A stretch of 64,000 nt of DNA. Source: the human T2T-CHM13v2.0 reference genome, Homo sapiens. Position numbers and translations under genes: made by a program. The notes below the pieces were generated by a model, which saw only the letters and a program-made list of their open reading frames with translations, made no database searches and had not been told where the DNA came from. The stretch lies in the NCBI RefSeq assembly GCF_009914755.1, contig NC_060928.1; one strand, written 5' to 3'. Of the stretch, positions 17,394 through 29,857 are shown one piece after another. Every line of letters begins with the position of its first letter. Position 1 is the stretch's first letter.

Positions 17394-17688
17394 GGCCAGG
17401 TGCAGTGGCTCAGGCTTGAAATTCCAGCACTTTGGGAGGCCGGGATGGGTGGATGGCTTGAGGGCAGGAGTTTGAGACCAGTCTGGCCAACATGGCGAAA
17501 CTCTGTCTCTAATAAAAATACAAAAAATAATTTAAAAAAACCAGACAGGCATTGTGGTGCACGTCTGTAGTCCCAGCTACTTAGCTCCTCAGAAGGCTGA
17601 CCTACTAGAATCACTTGAACCTGGAAGGCAGAGGTTGCAGTGAGCTGAGATAACGTTACTGCCCTCCAGCCTGGGTGATAGAGTGAGA

Positions 17689-17695
<7 letters not shown>
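17394..17695 (+). mobile_element. Alu (AluJ or old AluS)
   Basis: Dimeric Alu with A-rich linker. The tail is replaced by (TC)n and an AT tract. Confidence 0.95.
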
Positions 17696-17739
<44 letters not shown>

Positions 17740-18418
17740 AAAAATATATATATATAAAATATATATATAAAATATATATAAAATATATATATAAAATATA
17801 TATAAAATATATATATAAAATATATATAAAATATATAAAATATATATAAATATATATATAAAATATATATAAATATATATATAAAATATATATAAATATA
17901 TATATAAAATATATATAAATATATATAATATATATATAAATATATATATAAAATATACATATATAAAATATATATAAATATATATAAATATATATATAAT
18001 ATATATAAATATATATATAAAATATATATATAAAATATATAAAAATATATATATAAAATATATATAAATATATATAATATATATAAATATATATATAAAA
18101 TATATATAAATATATATAATATATATAAATATATATATAAAATATATATAAATATATATAATATATATAAATATATATAATATATATAAATATATATATA
18201 AAATATATATAAATATATATATAAAATATATATAAATATATATATATAAAATATATATAAATATATATATAAAATATATATAAATATATATATAATATAT
18301 ATAATATATATAAATATATATAAAATATATATATAATATATAAATATATATAAATATATATATAAATATATATATAAATATATATATAATATATAAATAT
18401 ATATAAATATATATATAA

Positions 18419-18450
<32 letters not shown>

Positions 18451-18451
18451 T
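17692..18451. repeat. (TC)15 followed by a 730-bp interrupted (TA)n/A-run tract
   Basis: 17722-18451 is all A/T apart from one C at 17958. Confidence 0.98.
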
Positions 18452-19496
18452 CTTGTAGTTCCCCTTAAGTAAAAACAGCCCCAAGGAAAATATTTTGTAG
18501 ATGTTTATAAAAAATTTTATATCTACATAGAGAAGTAGCAAACTCTCCATCAGGAACGTGGGTCCTGGGTTCATTTTACATACCAGAAGCAAATTTAGCC
18601 ACAACTCTGCATCTTTGAAAATGATAGGAAGGTTGATATGAATTTCTGTATTTTCTTCAAAAAGTTATTTCATGGATTAGTTAGCCAAAGTTATTGGAGT
18701 GTTCTGAGCATCCAATATGGAATATATATATATATATATGCAGGTTATAATGAGGGTAGGCAGAAGACCTAATTGATTTACAGCATGATAAGAAAATTAA
18801 TGAATCCAGCAGAAGCAACCCATTATGCAGAGGCATCCAGGAGGAGTCAAAAGAAACTGTTTCCTCCTATTTGCAAAATGACCTTGAAAATTCATTACTT
18901 GACCTCACTGTTTGCATCAATAAATTTGGCTGTATTTGGAAAGAGTCTGAGGGAAATGAGGCATGACCAGACTACCAGCAGTGTTTACAAGGCCTGCAAC
19001 AGTAGGACCAATGTTTTCATTATATGGAGGGTCTGTGTTGTGCCGTAGTATAATTAGGTTTGGTGTGGTTTCATTTTCAATTAAAGTGATCAGCTTAATT
19101 CACTTTTCTTCTAGTTACTAACAAGGTAAATTTGATAATATTTCAGGCTTATTAAGGATGTATCTTATCTTTGTAACTCTTTAGGGCATAGTTTTATTTC
19201 TTCTGGTTTCTAAATGTGAATATAGTTCTTGCCTTGCTCTAGATAAGCAAACACATGCAAGTCAACCAGTATCAAGGAAAAACCTATTGGGTTTCAAGAA
19301 AAGAGAGGAAAATCAAGTGGAAATACTTAGAGACAGATTGTAGACAGCCATGAGGTTATATCCTGGAGTTTTGATTTTACTATTTAGATGATGGGTAAAC
19401 AAGCAAGTACATAGACTAGTCAGAAATATGATTTCTAAAAAGTCATTCTATTAGTAATACATGAGAAAATTGTCCTATCCACAAATATCCCTGTAA

Positions 19497-19850
19497 CAGC
19501 GGTCCCCAACCTTTTTGGCACCAGGGACCAGGTTTGTGAAGACATTTTTTTCCAGGATGGGAGGGTGGGTGTGGAGGGAGATGGTTTCAGGATGAAATTG
19601 TTTCACCTCAGATTATCAGGGATTAGATTCTCATAAGGAACAGATAGCCTAGATCCCTGGCATGCACAGTTTGCAATAAGGTTTGTGCTCCTATGAGAAT
19701 CTAATGCTGCCACTGATCTGACACGAGTGACAGAAGGTGGAGCTTAGGTGGTAATGCTCTCCTGCTAACTGCTTACCTCCCGCTTTGTGGCTCAGTTCCT
19801 AATGGGCCACAGACCATTACTGATCCTTGCCCAGGGGTTGGAACCCTCTG
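19497..19850. mobile_element. MER1B-like hAT-Charlie non-autonomous DNA transposon
   Basis: Terminal inverted repeats cagcggtccccaacc / ggttggaaccctctg. Internal palindromic pair gattagattctcataagga / tcctatgagaatctaatg. Confidence 0.92.
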
Positions 19851-20097
19851 TCTTACAACATGGAAGTGATTGAGTAGACAACAGGTAGATCTATGATCCA
19901 TTCGCTCACTTTGGCAAGTGGGGATGGAGAGAAGCAGGACACTTCCGGGTGAGAGGTTTGGAGAAGACAAGTGACTAGATGTGATCTTCTTATTAACAAG
20001 CTAATGACAGATCTGGCAAACAAACCAAATAGTTTTTGCTAAGAGGAGTGTCATTAATTTATGGAATGCTTTTAAAAGTATATACCTACTTATCTAG

Positions 20098-20149
20098 AAT
20101 TGCTTAGAGTAAACATGACTGGAAATTGCTTAGAGTAAACATGCCTGGA
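20098..20149. repeat. 26-bp tandem duplication
   Basis: aattgcttagagtaaacatg[a/c]ctgga x2, one mismatch. Confidence 0.95.
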
Positions 20150-20156
20150 ATCTATG

Positions 20157-20511
20157 TGATATGGTTTGGCTCTGTGTCCCCACCCAAATCTCACCTAGAA
20201 TTGTAATCCCACATGTCGAGGGAGGGAGATAACTGGAACATGGGGGTGGTTTTCTCCATGCTGTTCTCGTGATAATGAGTGAGTTCTCATGAGATCTGAT
20301 GGTTTTATGAGGGGCTTTTCCACCTTCGCTTCCTTCTCACACTCTCTAGCCTACTGCCATGTAAGACATACCTGCTTCCCCTTCCACCATGAGTGTAAGT
20401 TTCCTGAGGCCTCTCCAGCCATGCAGAGCTGTGAGTCAATTAAACATATTTTCTTTATAAATTACTCAGTCTCAGGCAGTTCTTTATAGCAATGTGGAAC
20501 AGATAAATACA
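20157..20511 (+). mobile_element. MSTA/THE1D-like MaLR solo LTR
   Basis: TG...CA termini (tgatatggtttgg...aataca). Perfect TSD CTATG at 20152-20156 and 20512-20516. Confidence 0.95.
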
Positions 20512-21192
20512 CTATGGATTAATGGAGCATAACTCTAGAAATGCCACATAAGGCATGCCATAATTTGTGTATAAAATGGAGATGTTTCACAACCTAAATG
20601 TTTTCTTCTATAAATGAGGTGACAAAACACGTTTTTTGGAAACTTCATCTGTTAACCTGAGCCATTGCATGCTTGGTGCTAGAAGAAAGGACCTAAATAG
20701 CTGTCATGAAAGTCCCAGAACTCTTGCTGCTTTGCCTGTACCTCATGAGTACTTGTATTCTTGGAAGTATTACTAGAGGTTGATACTGGGGAAGATCTCT
20801 AAATCCTGTGAGTCTGATTTTATGTGTTCCTTTATATTACCTCATGTAATATGAAATATTTATGAATACTCAGATTCCTACCAAAAAAGTAAAAAAAAAA
20901 ATGTACAAAAATAAAACTTTCGACAGAATTGGAATTTAAAAAATAGAGAAAGACTTTAACTGAGTAATTCCATCTGCCCTTAGTGCTCTCCAACTTTATT
21001 CCTCCATTACTTTCTTTTTATATCTACTTGCAGATAGTGGGATAAGGATAACCATTCCATTCTGAGACCTATAGTCATCTTAGGAAATTCATTGTACTAG
21101 GCAGTTGGGGAAAGGCGGTATGAGACAGAGATGTGGGGAGATCTCTATTAGCATTTTATGTGTTGTACCTGGTCAAAGAAAACCACATCTGT

Positions 21193-21477
21193 GGCCAGAC
21201 ACGGTGGCTCGCGCCTGTAATCCCAGCACTTTGAAAGACCGAGGGAGGCAGATCACTTGAGGTTAGGAGTTCAAGACCAGCCTGGCCAACATGGTGAAAC
21301 CCCGTCTCTACTAAAAATACAAAAATTAGCCAGGTGCAGTTGCCAGCCTCTGTAATCCCAGCTACTTGGGAGGCTGAGGCATGAGAATCGCTTGAACCCA
21401 GGAGGCAGAGGTGAGCCGAGATTGCACCACTGCAATCCAGCCTGGTCAACAGAGCAAGAATTCATCTAAAAAAAAAA
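21193..21477 (+). mobile_element. AluS (Sx/Sz-like)
   Basis: Dimer plus A tail. TSD core ccacatctg at 21183-21191 and 21479-21487. Confidence 0.96.
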
Positions 21478-21699
21478 GCCACATCTGATTATGTGGTGTA
21501 TTTAGATAATTTGATTGCTGGGGCTGAGAGTTTCCCTTGTCAGACCAGCAGAGCTTCATTATGTGAATACCTGCAGGAAACAAAGTGAGCTCTTCAAGGG
21601 CCATAGCTGAGAGATAAAACCTGCTCTCCTAATCGTCAAATATTAGGCAATACTGTGTACCACATGCATTGTCAGAGATGAAAGACTAAGTCTGGATAG

Positions 21700-23950
21700 G
21701 TTTCTCCTTGCTCAAGAATAAGAAAAAAGAAAATGAAGGAGAATCTAGAGACAATAGGAAAGAGGATTTTACAACATAAAAGAAATCAAGCATTTTCAAA
21801 AAAACTTAAAACGTTTGTCTCTAAAAATTGTTTACTAGAGGAATAAATCATTACTTGTTGTTCTAAGTAAAAATTCAATAAGACATGGCCTGTGCAAAAG
21901 TAGAAAATAAAGTAAGAGGCACATAATAGATAGGGGCCATAGTAATATATGGAATATGTACAAATGAAATATATAATATAGATGTGATACAATCTTATAG
22001 AAATAAGAAAATGCTTTAAGGAAATACAAAGTTCAATAACTGAATTAATACATTAAAGACATTAAAATAGTATGGTTGGTATTGTAGGAAATCAAATTAT
22101 TGCTTAGCAGACAAAGCTAAAAAAGTTTCTTAGATATACAAGAATAAAAGTGATAAAGACAGTGATGAGAAGGATTAAGACATATAATAGCATATGGAAT
22201 TAATAGATCTTCCCAAGGAAGAAACCAGAACCAATTATATAACTACCCCACCAAGTCAGACATAACAGCTAAAAAAAAAAACCTTTCTTGTCTTTGTATA
22301 ATATTTAATATAATATTTAATAGAAAATGTAAGAAATCAGGTTTTAGCTCAGCTAAATTGGTAATCATTAGTGAAACTAAATAGAAAGATATCCTCGGCC
22401 TGGTGCAGTAGCTCACCCCTGTAATCCTAGCACTTTGGGAGGCTGAGGTGGGTGGATTGCTTGAGCCCAGGAATTTGAGACCAGCCTGGGCAACAAAGTG
22501 AAACACTGTCTCTACAAAAACAAAAATTTAGCTGGGCATGGTGATGCATGCCTGTAGTCCCAGCTACTCAGGAGGGTCAGGAGGGAGGATCACCTAAGCC
22601 AGGGAAGTCAAGGCTGCAGTAAGACCTGATTGCACAATTACACTCATGCTTGGGTGACAGAGCAAAACCTTGTCTGTAAAAGGGAAAAAAAAAAAAAAAA
22701 AAAGAAAGCAAAAGTAAAAGAAAAAGAAAAAAGAAATCTTTATATATACCCTTTTGAAAATACTAATCACAGATTTGTTGTAGTTGAGCAAGAGTGTAGC
22801 AAAAATGAACACCTTAATTAAAATCATTTTTATGTCATGAGGAAATAAGCAGTGATTTTTTTCCCATTAACTTAGTTTTAAAATATCTAGATTTCCTATG
22901 TTTTTAATAGGTCAAATAGTTTCATACCAATGAAATTTAACACTCAATAGGAAAAAAAATTAAAAATGATTCAAAAGATAAATGAGAGAAAAATAAATAA
23001 GCATGGAGCAAAAAAAAAATCCAATAAAATATATAACAAAATGTATAATAAGCAAAGTAATAATAAAAATGTGCAGTCCAACAGAACTGTGTTTAACATT
23101 GAATTAAAAGGTACACATTAACAAATGGGTTAAAAAACAAAATTCAAATGCATTGTACTGGCATAAGAGATATCTTTACAGTAAGGATATATAAAGATAA
23201 TATAATAGTCATGAATCCATATGTGACGGAAGTGAGTGTAAAACTGTATGAACCAAAAAATACCAAAAAAAGAAGATATGCATAAATATATATAAGTTTA
23301 AAAATCACATGAAGGAATATGACCTTAATAAGAGGTTACCATCTGTCTCTGGTAAAGTACATCTGATGAGCATATCTATTCACTTATATATGAAACAAAA
23401 CACATAAATAGGTCTCCCAAGTTTCTGGAGTGAAAAGAAAAGCTCCACTAAACCACCATTTTTTCATAGGAAAAGTAAAATTATATAGACAGACAATATT
23501 TTAAAGATAAATTTTATCATATATAAAAATAAAATCATTTTAACAAAAGCTGTATCTAGACATAAACACATAGATTTAAATAGTTTCTACATTAAAAGAT
23601 AAAGGAGAAAATAAATGGACTAAAAATTTAATCTTAGAAATTAGGAAATGGCTTGATGTGTGTGTCTGTGTGCGTGTGTGTGTGTGCACATATGCACACA
23701 GGTGCATATAAAACAAAAAGAAAGGATATAGAAGCAGAATTTAATGTTACCTAGTCAAAAAATCAATCAACATATTTTTTAAAATCATAAAATTTGTAAT
23801 GAAATCTGAGATACTCAATCATCAGTGAGAAAAGTACTTGATAAATGAATCAATATCTGCATGATCTGTGTTTAAATGGGGGTAGATGAGTTTTGGGTGG
23901 AATAATTTGCTTTCAGCTACTCACAACAACATTCCAGATAAATTCAATAT
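21700..23950 (+). mobile_element. Highly decayed ancient L1M fragments (ORF1/ORF2 region), interrupted by an Alu
   Basis: Strong A skew. attaaaaggtacacattaacaaatgggttaaaaaacaa (~23103) resembles the endonuclease IKRHRLxxWIKKQ coding segment. Boundaries uncertain. Confidence 0.5.
22397..22735 (+). mobile_element. AluJ
   Basis: ggattgcttgagcccagga and gcctgggcaaca diagnostics, long A/G tail, degenerate TSD aaagatatcct/aaagaaatctt. Confidence 0.93.
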
Positions 23951-24443
23951 GAGATGTTTTTACAGACTAGTTTCATCTTTTGAAAAAGCTAATATATTAA
24001 TATCTGGTTGTTATATGTTTTGGGATTTGCCCAGTTTAAAACGATAATTTACTTCAGTACACATTTGCTTATAATACTCACACCATATCAACATAGCTAT
24101 AACAGAAAAATCTAGCCTTTTTGATGTCTTTCTCCTTACTCCAGAATATGAAATGTTTTTATTTCTAAAATGATCCATCAATTCACCTCTGCTCTTACTA
24201 GTAGCCTCTCACATCTCTTATGCTTTTATTCTATCAGTAATAAGCTTTTTTTCTTGCATCTCCAATTTTTTTCTTTCTTGCAATTTTATCTATAGTGTAT
24301 CAGATTTGCTCTGTTCTTTAGAAAATATTTAACTCTGTCACCTACTTTCTGTTCTTTCAAGAGAAGGGTATACTCAATGTCTCTATTACTTACTCCCCAC
24401 CCTGCCTTGCCTTGGAGCACTTTGTAATTTTGAACCATAGGTA

Positions 24444-24695
24444 CATAAGAGGATAGATAGACATAGATAGATAGATAGGTAGATAGATAGACAATCTATC
24501 TCTCTATATATGCATATGTCTCAGAGACTGTCTAGCTCAACTATGTTAGTATTTTAGTTTTACTCATTGTAAATAGATTCCCTTTTTGTGGTAGTCTTTT
24601 AAATATTTTTAACCATCTGCCTATCTATCTATCTGTCTATCTATTATCTATCTATCTATTATCTATCTATCATCTATCTATGTCTAATCTCTATG
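24444..24695. repeat. Pair of oppositely oriented GATA/TATC microsatellites
   Basis: (GATA)n at 24452-24492 and (TATC)n at 24615-24695. Confidence 0.92.
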
Positions 24696-25269
24696 CATCA
24701 TCTAACATACAGATATGTAGGAGAATATGATGTAATGATAGTCAAGGAATAACATGTTGACGCTGCATGAATGAGTTCCTAGTAACTTTTATAAATTTAA
24801 TCTTTGTTGAAAATTTACATTTATTTGTACAATTCTTTCATTACTGTTTGTTTCAACCATTAGACTCATCTCTTTCTTGTATACCTAGCAAAACATATTA
24901 CAAATTTCACACAGTAAAATCTCAATATGTATTGATGAATGAAAAATGCATTTATTGAATGAATCATTGGTCAACTTAGTCAAATGCATTTTAGATATGA
25001 AATAAGATGACAAAATAATTTAACAGATTTTGCAGTATGGAGGTATCTGGGGACTTTAGCCAGATCTGTTTCAGTGGTAAATGCAAAATTCTGCATTTTT
25101 CATATTTAATAAGAGTTGAGAATGTGGTTACTGCTTATGTAGTTAATTCATTGGAAGAGTTTGGCTATGGACAGGCAACAAATAAATGGAGGCAGTATGT
25201 GGGGTTCAATTAGAACTGTTTATGCACTGAAATGAGATAAAAGAAACAAATTCTTAATATTTCCCTCAA

Positions 25270-25915
25270 ACTTGGTTCAAACTATAACAGTTTCTTGTCT
25301 GGAATACTGCAAAAGCTATTTTGAGTACTCTATGCATATCTACTTATCATTTTGTTCTCCTGGAATATGGTGTTGCACTGCTGATGCACCTGATGCTGCC
25401 ACCTCCTTGTATAAAACCCTCCAATAACTTCTCACTAACCTTAGGATATAAACAACTTTTCTAAATATGTCCCACAATGTTCTGCAACCTCTGACCTCTT
25501 CCCAGCCTAATTTATTCTACTTTCTCCCTTATTTTCTGCTAACATTGGCCATTTTCAGGACCTTAGAATACTTTTTCCATTTTATTTTCTTTTCTGGAAA
25601 TTTGTCCCTTTTCTTTTGGTCCAATTTATATGTACAGATCTTTCATATCTTAGCTCAAATGTTACTTTCTCAGAAACTTCTTTTCTGATTTCCTTGATGA
25701 GCTCTCATTGCATTAATATTTTATAGCTTTTAACTCACTTGTAAGTTTGTGTTTATTTGTATCATTATTTGATTAATGTATAAGTCTCCCAACACACTGG
25801 AAGCTCTATGAATAGAAAGATTATACCTCTCTGTGGTCGTCAATGTAGTTCCAATACCTAGCATGGTATATAGCAGGGAATAAGTGCTCAGTAAATTTAT
25901 TTTAACTGAATAAAA
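25270..25915 (+). mobile_element. L2 3'-end fragment
   Basis: ccaatacctagcatggta...taagtgctcagtaaatttat...tgaataaa terminal L2 signature. The 5' boundary is approximate. Confidence 0.7.
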
Positions 25916-25932
25916 AACATTTGGGTTGTTCC

Positions 25933-26353
25933 CAACCCAAATGCCCACCAATGATAGACTGGATTAAGAAAATGTGGCACATATACACCATGGAATACTA
26001 CGCAGCCATAAAAAGGATGAGTTCATGTCCTTTGTAGGGACACGGATGAAGCTGGAAACCATCATTCTGAGCAAACTATTGCAAGGACAGAAAACCAAAC
26101 ACTGCATGTTCTCACTCATAGGTGGGAACTGAACAATGAGAACAATTGGACACAGGGTGGGGAACATCACACACTGGGGCCTGTTGTGGGGTCGAGGGAG
26201 CGGGGAAGGATAGCATTAGGAGATATACCTAACGTTAAATGACGAGTTAATGGGTGCAGCACACCAACATGGCACATGTATACATATGTAACAAACCTGC
26301 ACATTCTGCACATGTACCCTGGAACTTAAAGTATAATAAAAATTAGTAATTTT
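25933..26353 (+). mobile_element. 5'-truncated L1PA (PA4/PA5-like) 3' end
   Basis: ORF2 tail plus 3' UTR nearly identical to 35042-35445. TSD-like AAAAAA..TGTTCC on both sides. Confidence 0.95.
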
Positions 26354-27609
26354 AAAAAAATGTTCCTTTAAAAGTTTGCAAGGAAGAGATTCCAAAACAC
26401 TTGTACAAGAACTGGACTTTTGTTAAACAAGTTTCAATTTGTCTGTTGCAACAGAAGGAAGGAAAACATAGAAGTAGATGCACATTATTAAAGTGATTAT
26501 GTAGGTTTGTTGTGGGAAAACAACGATATGCTTGTCTAATGATTTGCATTAGTATAAGGCAATTCATGCACTACATTGGTGGTATGGGGGAAGAGAATTT
26601 AAGGTATGAAATAGTCATCTTGGAAAAGAGAGAAGTGAACTTCCTTGAAATCCGATGTAGGAATGAAGAAATGAGCCAGACTGGATACCTTCTTTTTCAG
26701 TCTTTTTGCCGCCTCACCTTTTATCCACATTTCAAATGGATGATTAAATCTTAACCTAATCCATCTCTTTCTTATTGTTTATTCCCATCTTCATTCTTTC
26801 GGTGTCTTTTTTGCGATATAGCTCTTGTATTTCTGATCCCAAACACTAACTTTGTTTTTTAACTGCTTCATAGAAGAAAAATCTTCATGCTTTTGTCACA
26901 AAAGAATTTGTTAGAGTTACAAATAATCTTTATTACTGGTTTATAAAGAGAATACAAAATCTTAAGGCTTTTTGACTAACAAGCGGTGAAATTGCAGACT
27001 AAATTTAAATAAGGAACATATACTGGGTTAATTAGCATAGTACTGGTGTGTACATAGCAAATTAGGTAAGTAAATTTATTTCCTATTACAAACGTTTTTA
27101 ATAAAGTTTTCTATTAAAATGTAGTAAATAAATGTAATTTTCCATTGAAAACTTGTTTTAAAAAGCACCTATGTAGAAAAAGAAAACAAATTGATAGAAA
27201 ATTTAAGACAAAACATAGGTTAATAGGGTAGACTATCACAAGTAAGCTTTTTTTTAGCAAACAAAATAACCACAAATTCAATTTTATTATGACAAGACAG
27301 AGTATGTGCTAGAATAATAGGGACTCTAAATTCACAAGTCTAATGCTCTTTATTCATTGTGTCTTTATGGTAACTGGTACTTACGTGGTTTTCAAATAAC
27401 TATTTTATCTTTTTAACAAAGGGTAATGACTAGTTCAGTACTTTATATTCTCAACAGTGCTTCTGAAAAGTCTTCTTTCCTTAGCCTTCTCGATTACAAA
27501 AACTGTCAAGTTTTTCCACTAATATTATTTTGACTTAGCTTACTGTTTTCAAAAGAAACTGTAACCAAAATTGAAACATCATATTTTGGGAGACTATAGG
27601 TAGATAGCT

Positions 27610-27610
<1 letters not shown>

Positions 27611-27658
<48 letters not shown>
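27611..27658. repeat. (AGAT)12 tetranucleotide STR
   Basis: Perfect 48-bp run. Confidence 0.98.
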
Positions 27659-28101
27659 GAGATGGCAGATATAAACACCACACATATGTATATTTTATTT
27701 TCACACTTTGATACCATCTTGAAAACCTAATACCATTATTTCTCATTCTGCCCACTCTTTCTCAACTCTATTTCTAAAGTCATGTTGCATATTTCTTTTC
27801 CAATATCCTAAACAATGAACTCTTTGAATTTCTTGAAAATTGTATACTTTCTCAACATTGTTGAACATATAAGCAAATTCTTACTTGTCAGCATTATTAT
27901 GAAACCTTACACAATTTCAATTTTCAAGTTTCCTATTTCATTACCATTTCCAAAAGATAGTTCCCAATTTTTGTCCTGATCTGATCTGTTAGTCTACTTT
28001 TAAACATGAGTTCTGACTTATCAGAAATGTGTGAATATTGTTCTTTACCAATGGCATATATCCTCATTTTTTGCTGATTGAGATAAAATTGAGAGTCATA
28101 T

Positions 28102-28467
28102 TGATATGGTTTGGCTATGATCCCATGCAAATCTCATCTTGAATTGTAACTCCCCTAATCTCCATGTGTCATGGGAGGGACCCCGTGGGGAGGTAATTGA
28201 ATCATGGGGGTGGGTTTTTCCCATGCTATTCTCATGATAGTGAATAAATCTCACGAGATCTGATGGCTTCAAAAAGGGCAGGTCCCCTAAATATGTTTTC
28301 TTGCCTGCTGCCATGTAAGACATGCCTTTGCTCCTCCTTTGCCTTCTGCCATGATTGTGAGGCCTCTGCAGCCATGTAGAACTGTGAGTCCATTAAATGT
28401 CTTTTTCTTTATCAATTACCCAGTCTCAGGTATGTCTTTATGAGCAGTGTGAGAACGGACTAATACA
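28102..28467 (+). mobile_element. THE1 (C/D-like) solo LTR
   Basis: tgatatggtttgg...ggactaataca. Perfect TSD CATAT at 28097-28101 and 28468-28472. Confidence 0.95.
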
Positions 28468-29857
28468 CATATTATTCTATAGAACCATTGCCCTAATAGC
28501 CAGAATATACCTATTTTAAGTAGGTTTAGAAAAATAGGTACTTTTTTTTTCTAATAACATGAAGCAGATCTTTTAAAAAAATTTTTCTGTTGGCATAAAA
28601 CAGAGGTTGAGACCTGGGGAGAGCAGGTAGGAGACTCAGGCCACAGCATTTCAGTAAAATTTATCATTACATTACAATAAAATCTGTTATACAAATTTTT
28701 ATTTTTGGTGATCTATCTGATGAAGTACTTCCCTGGGTGTACCAGGAATGTCCTCAGAATTAGTCTCATTGGGGTTGTGAATTGGTAAAATTAAGTATCG
28801 CAACATAAAATCTTACACAAATTAGAATTCATTGGAAAGAGGTTCAAAGGATACAGGTTTTAGCAAAAGCTATAGGAGCACATCTAGCTAGAGTTTTTCA
28901 GTTAGTGGTACTTCTGGAATTTTCTCCAAGTTGCTTAAGGAAAGGATACTCGGGTGATGGGAAATGGTTTCTGGCTTCACCTAGGTACAGTCTACCAGGC
29001 TGGGAAGTCCTGAGTGAGGGCTTTCTAAGCCTCTGGCACCTACAGTCATGCCAGCCAAAGCGCCAGCATAATTCCCTGGGTAGCTGCAAAAGCAGATGTG
29101 GGAACCACGCTGTCTCAACAGAATGTTCTAGGTTCCAAGCTGGATCTCCTGCTTTGCTACCAGCATCATGTTGCTGTTTTGCCTCGATTATATAATGATG
29201 AGCAGGCCCCCTTCTAGGCACTGTTGCAACATAAAAGTGATCAGTATGGGCAAAACATGTTTTTTCCTTTTTCTCTACAAAAAAAAAACAATGGGGAAGT
29301 TCTCCTGGATAATATCCTGCAGAGTGTTTTCCAACTTGGTTCCATTCTCCCCGTCACTTTCAGGTACACCAATCAGATGTAGATTTGGTCTTTTCACATA
29401 GTCCCATATTTCTTGGAGGCTTTGTTCATTTCTTTTTATTCTTTTTTCTCTAAACTTCCCTTCTCGCTTCATTTCATTCATTTCATCTTTCATCGCTGAT
29501 ACCCTTTCTTCCAGTTGATCACATCGGCTCCTGAGGCTTCTGCATTCTTCAGGTAGTTCTCGAGCCTTGGCTTTCAGCTCCATCAGCACCTTTAAGCACT
29601 TCTCTGTATTGGTTATTCTAGTTATACATTAGTCTAAATTTTTTTTTCAAAGTTTTAAACTTCTTTGCCTTTGGTTTGAATTTCCTCCTGTAGCTCAGAG
29701 TAGTTTGATCGTCTGAAGACTTCTTCTCTCAACTCGTCAAAGTCATTCTCCCTCCAGCTTTGTTCCACTGCTGGTGAGGAGCAAGGCGTTCCTTTGGAGG
29801 AGGAGAGGCGCTCTGCTTTTTAGAGTTTCCAGTTTTTCTGCTCTGTTTTTTCCCCAT

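Noticed and set aside
17330-18604. 424-aa ORF (and nested 79-aa ORF) rich in I/Y/F
   Set aside because: It is the translation of the AT microsatellite plus an antisense Alu. Stops are absent for compositional reasons.
28715-29278. Slightly GC-richer segment with overlapping ORFs at the right L1 insertion site
   Set aside because: No recognisable protein or family motif. It is probably an old LTR-type remnant that I cannot assign.
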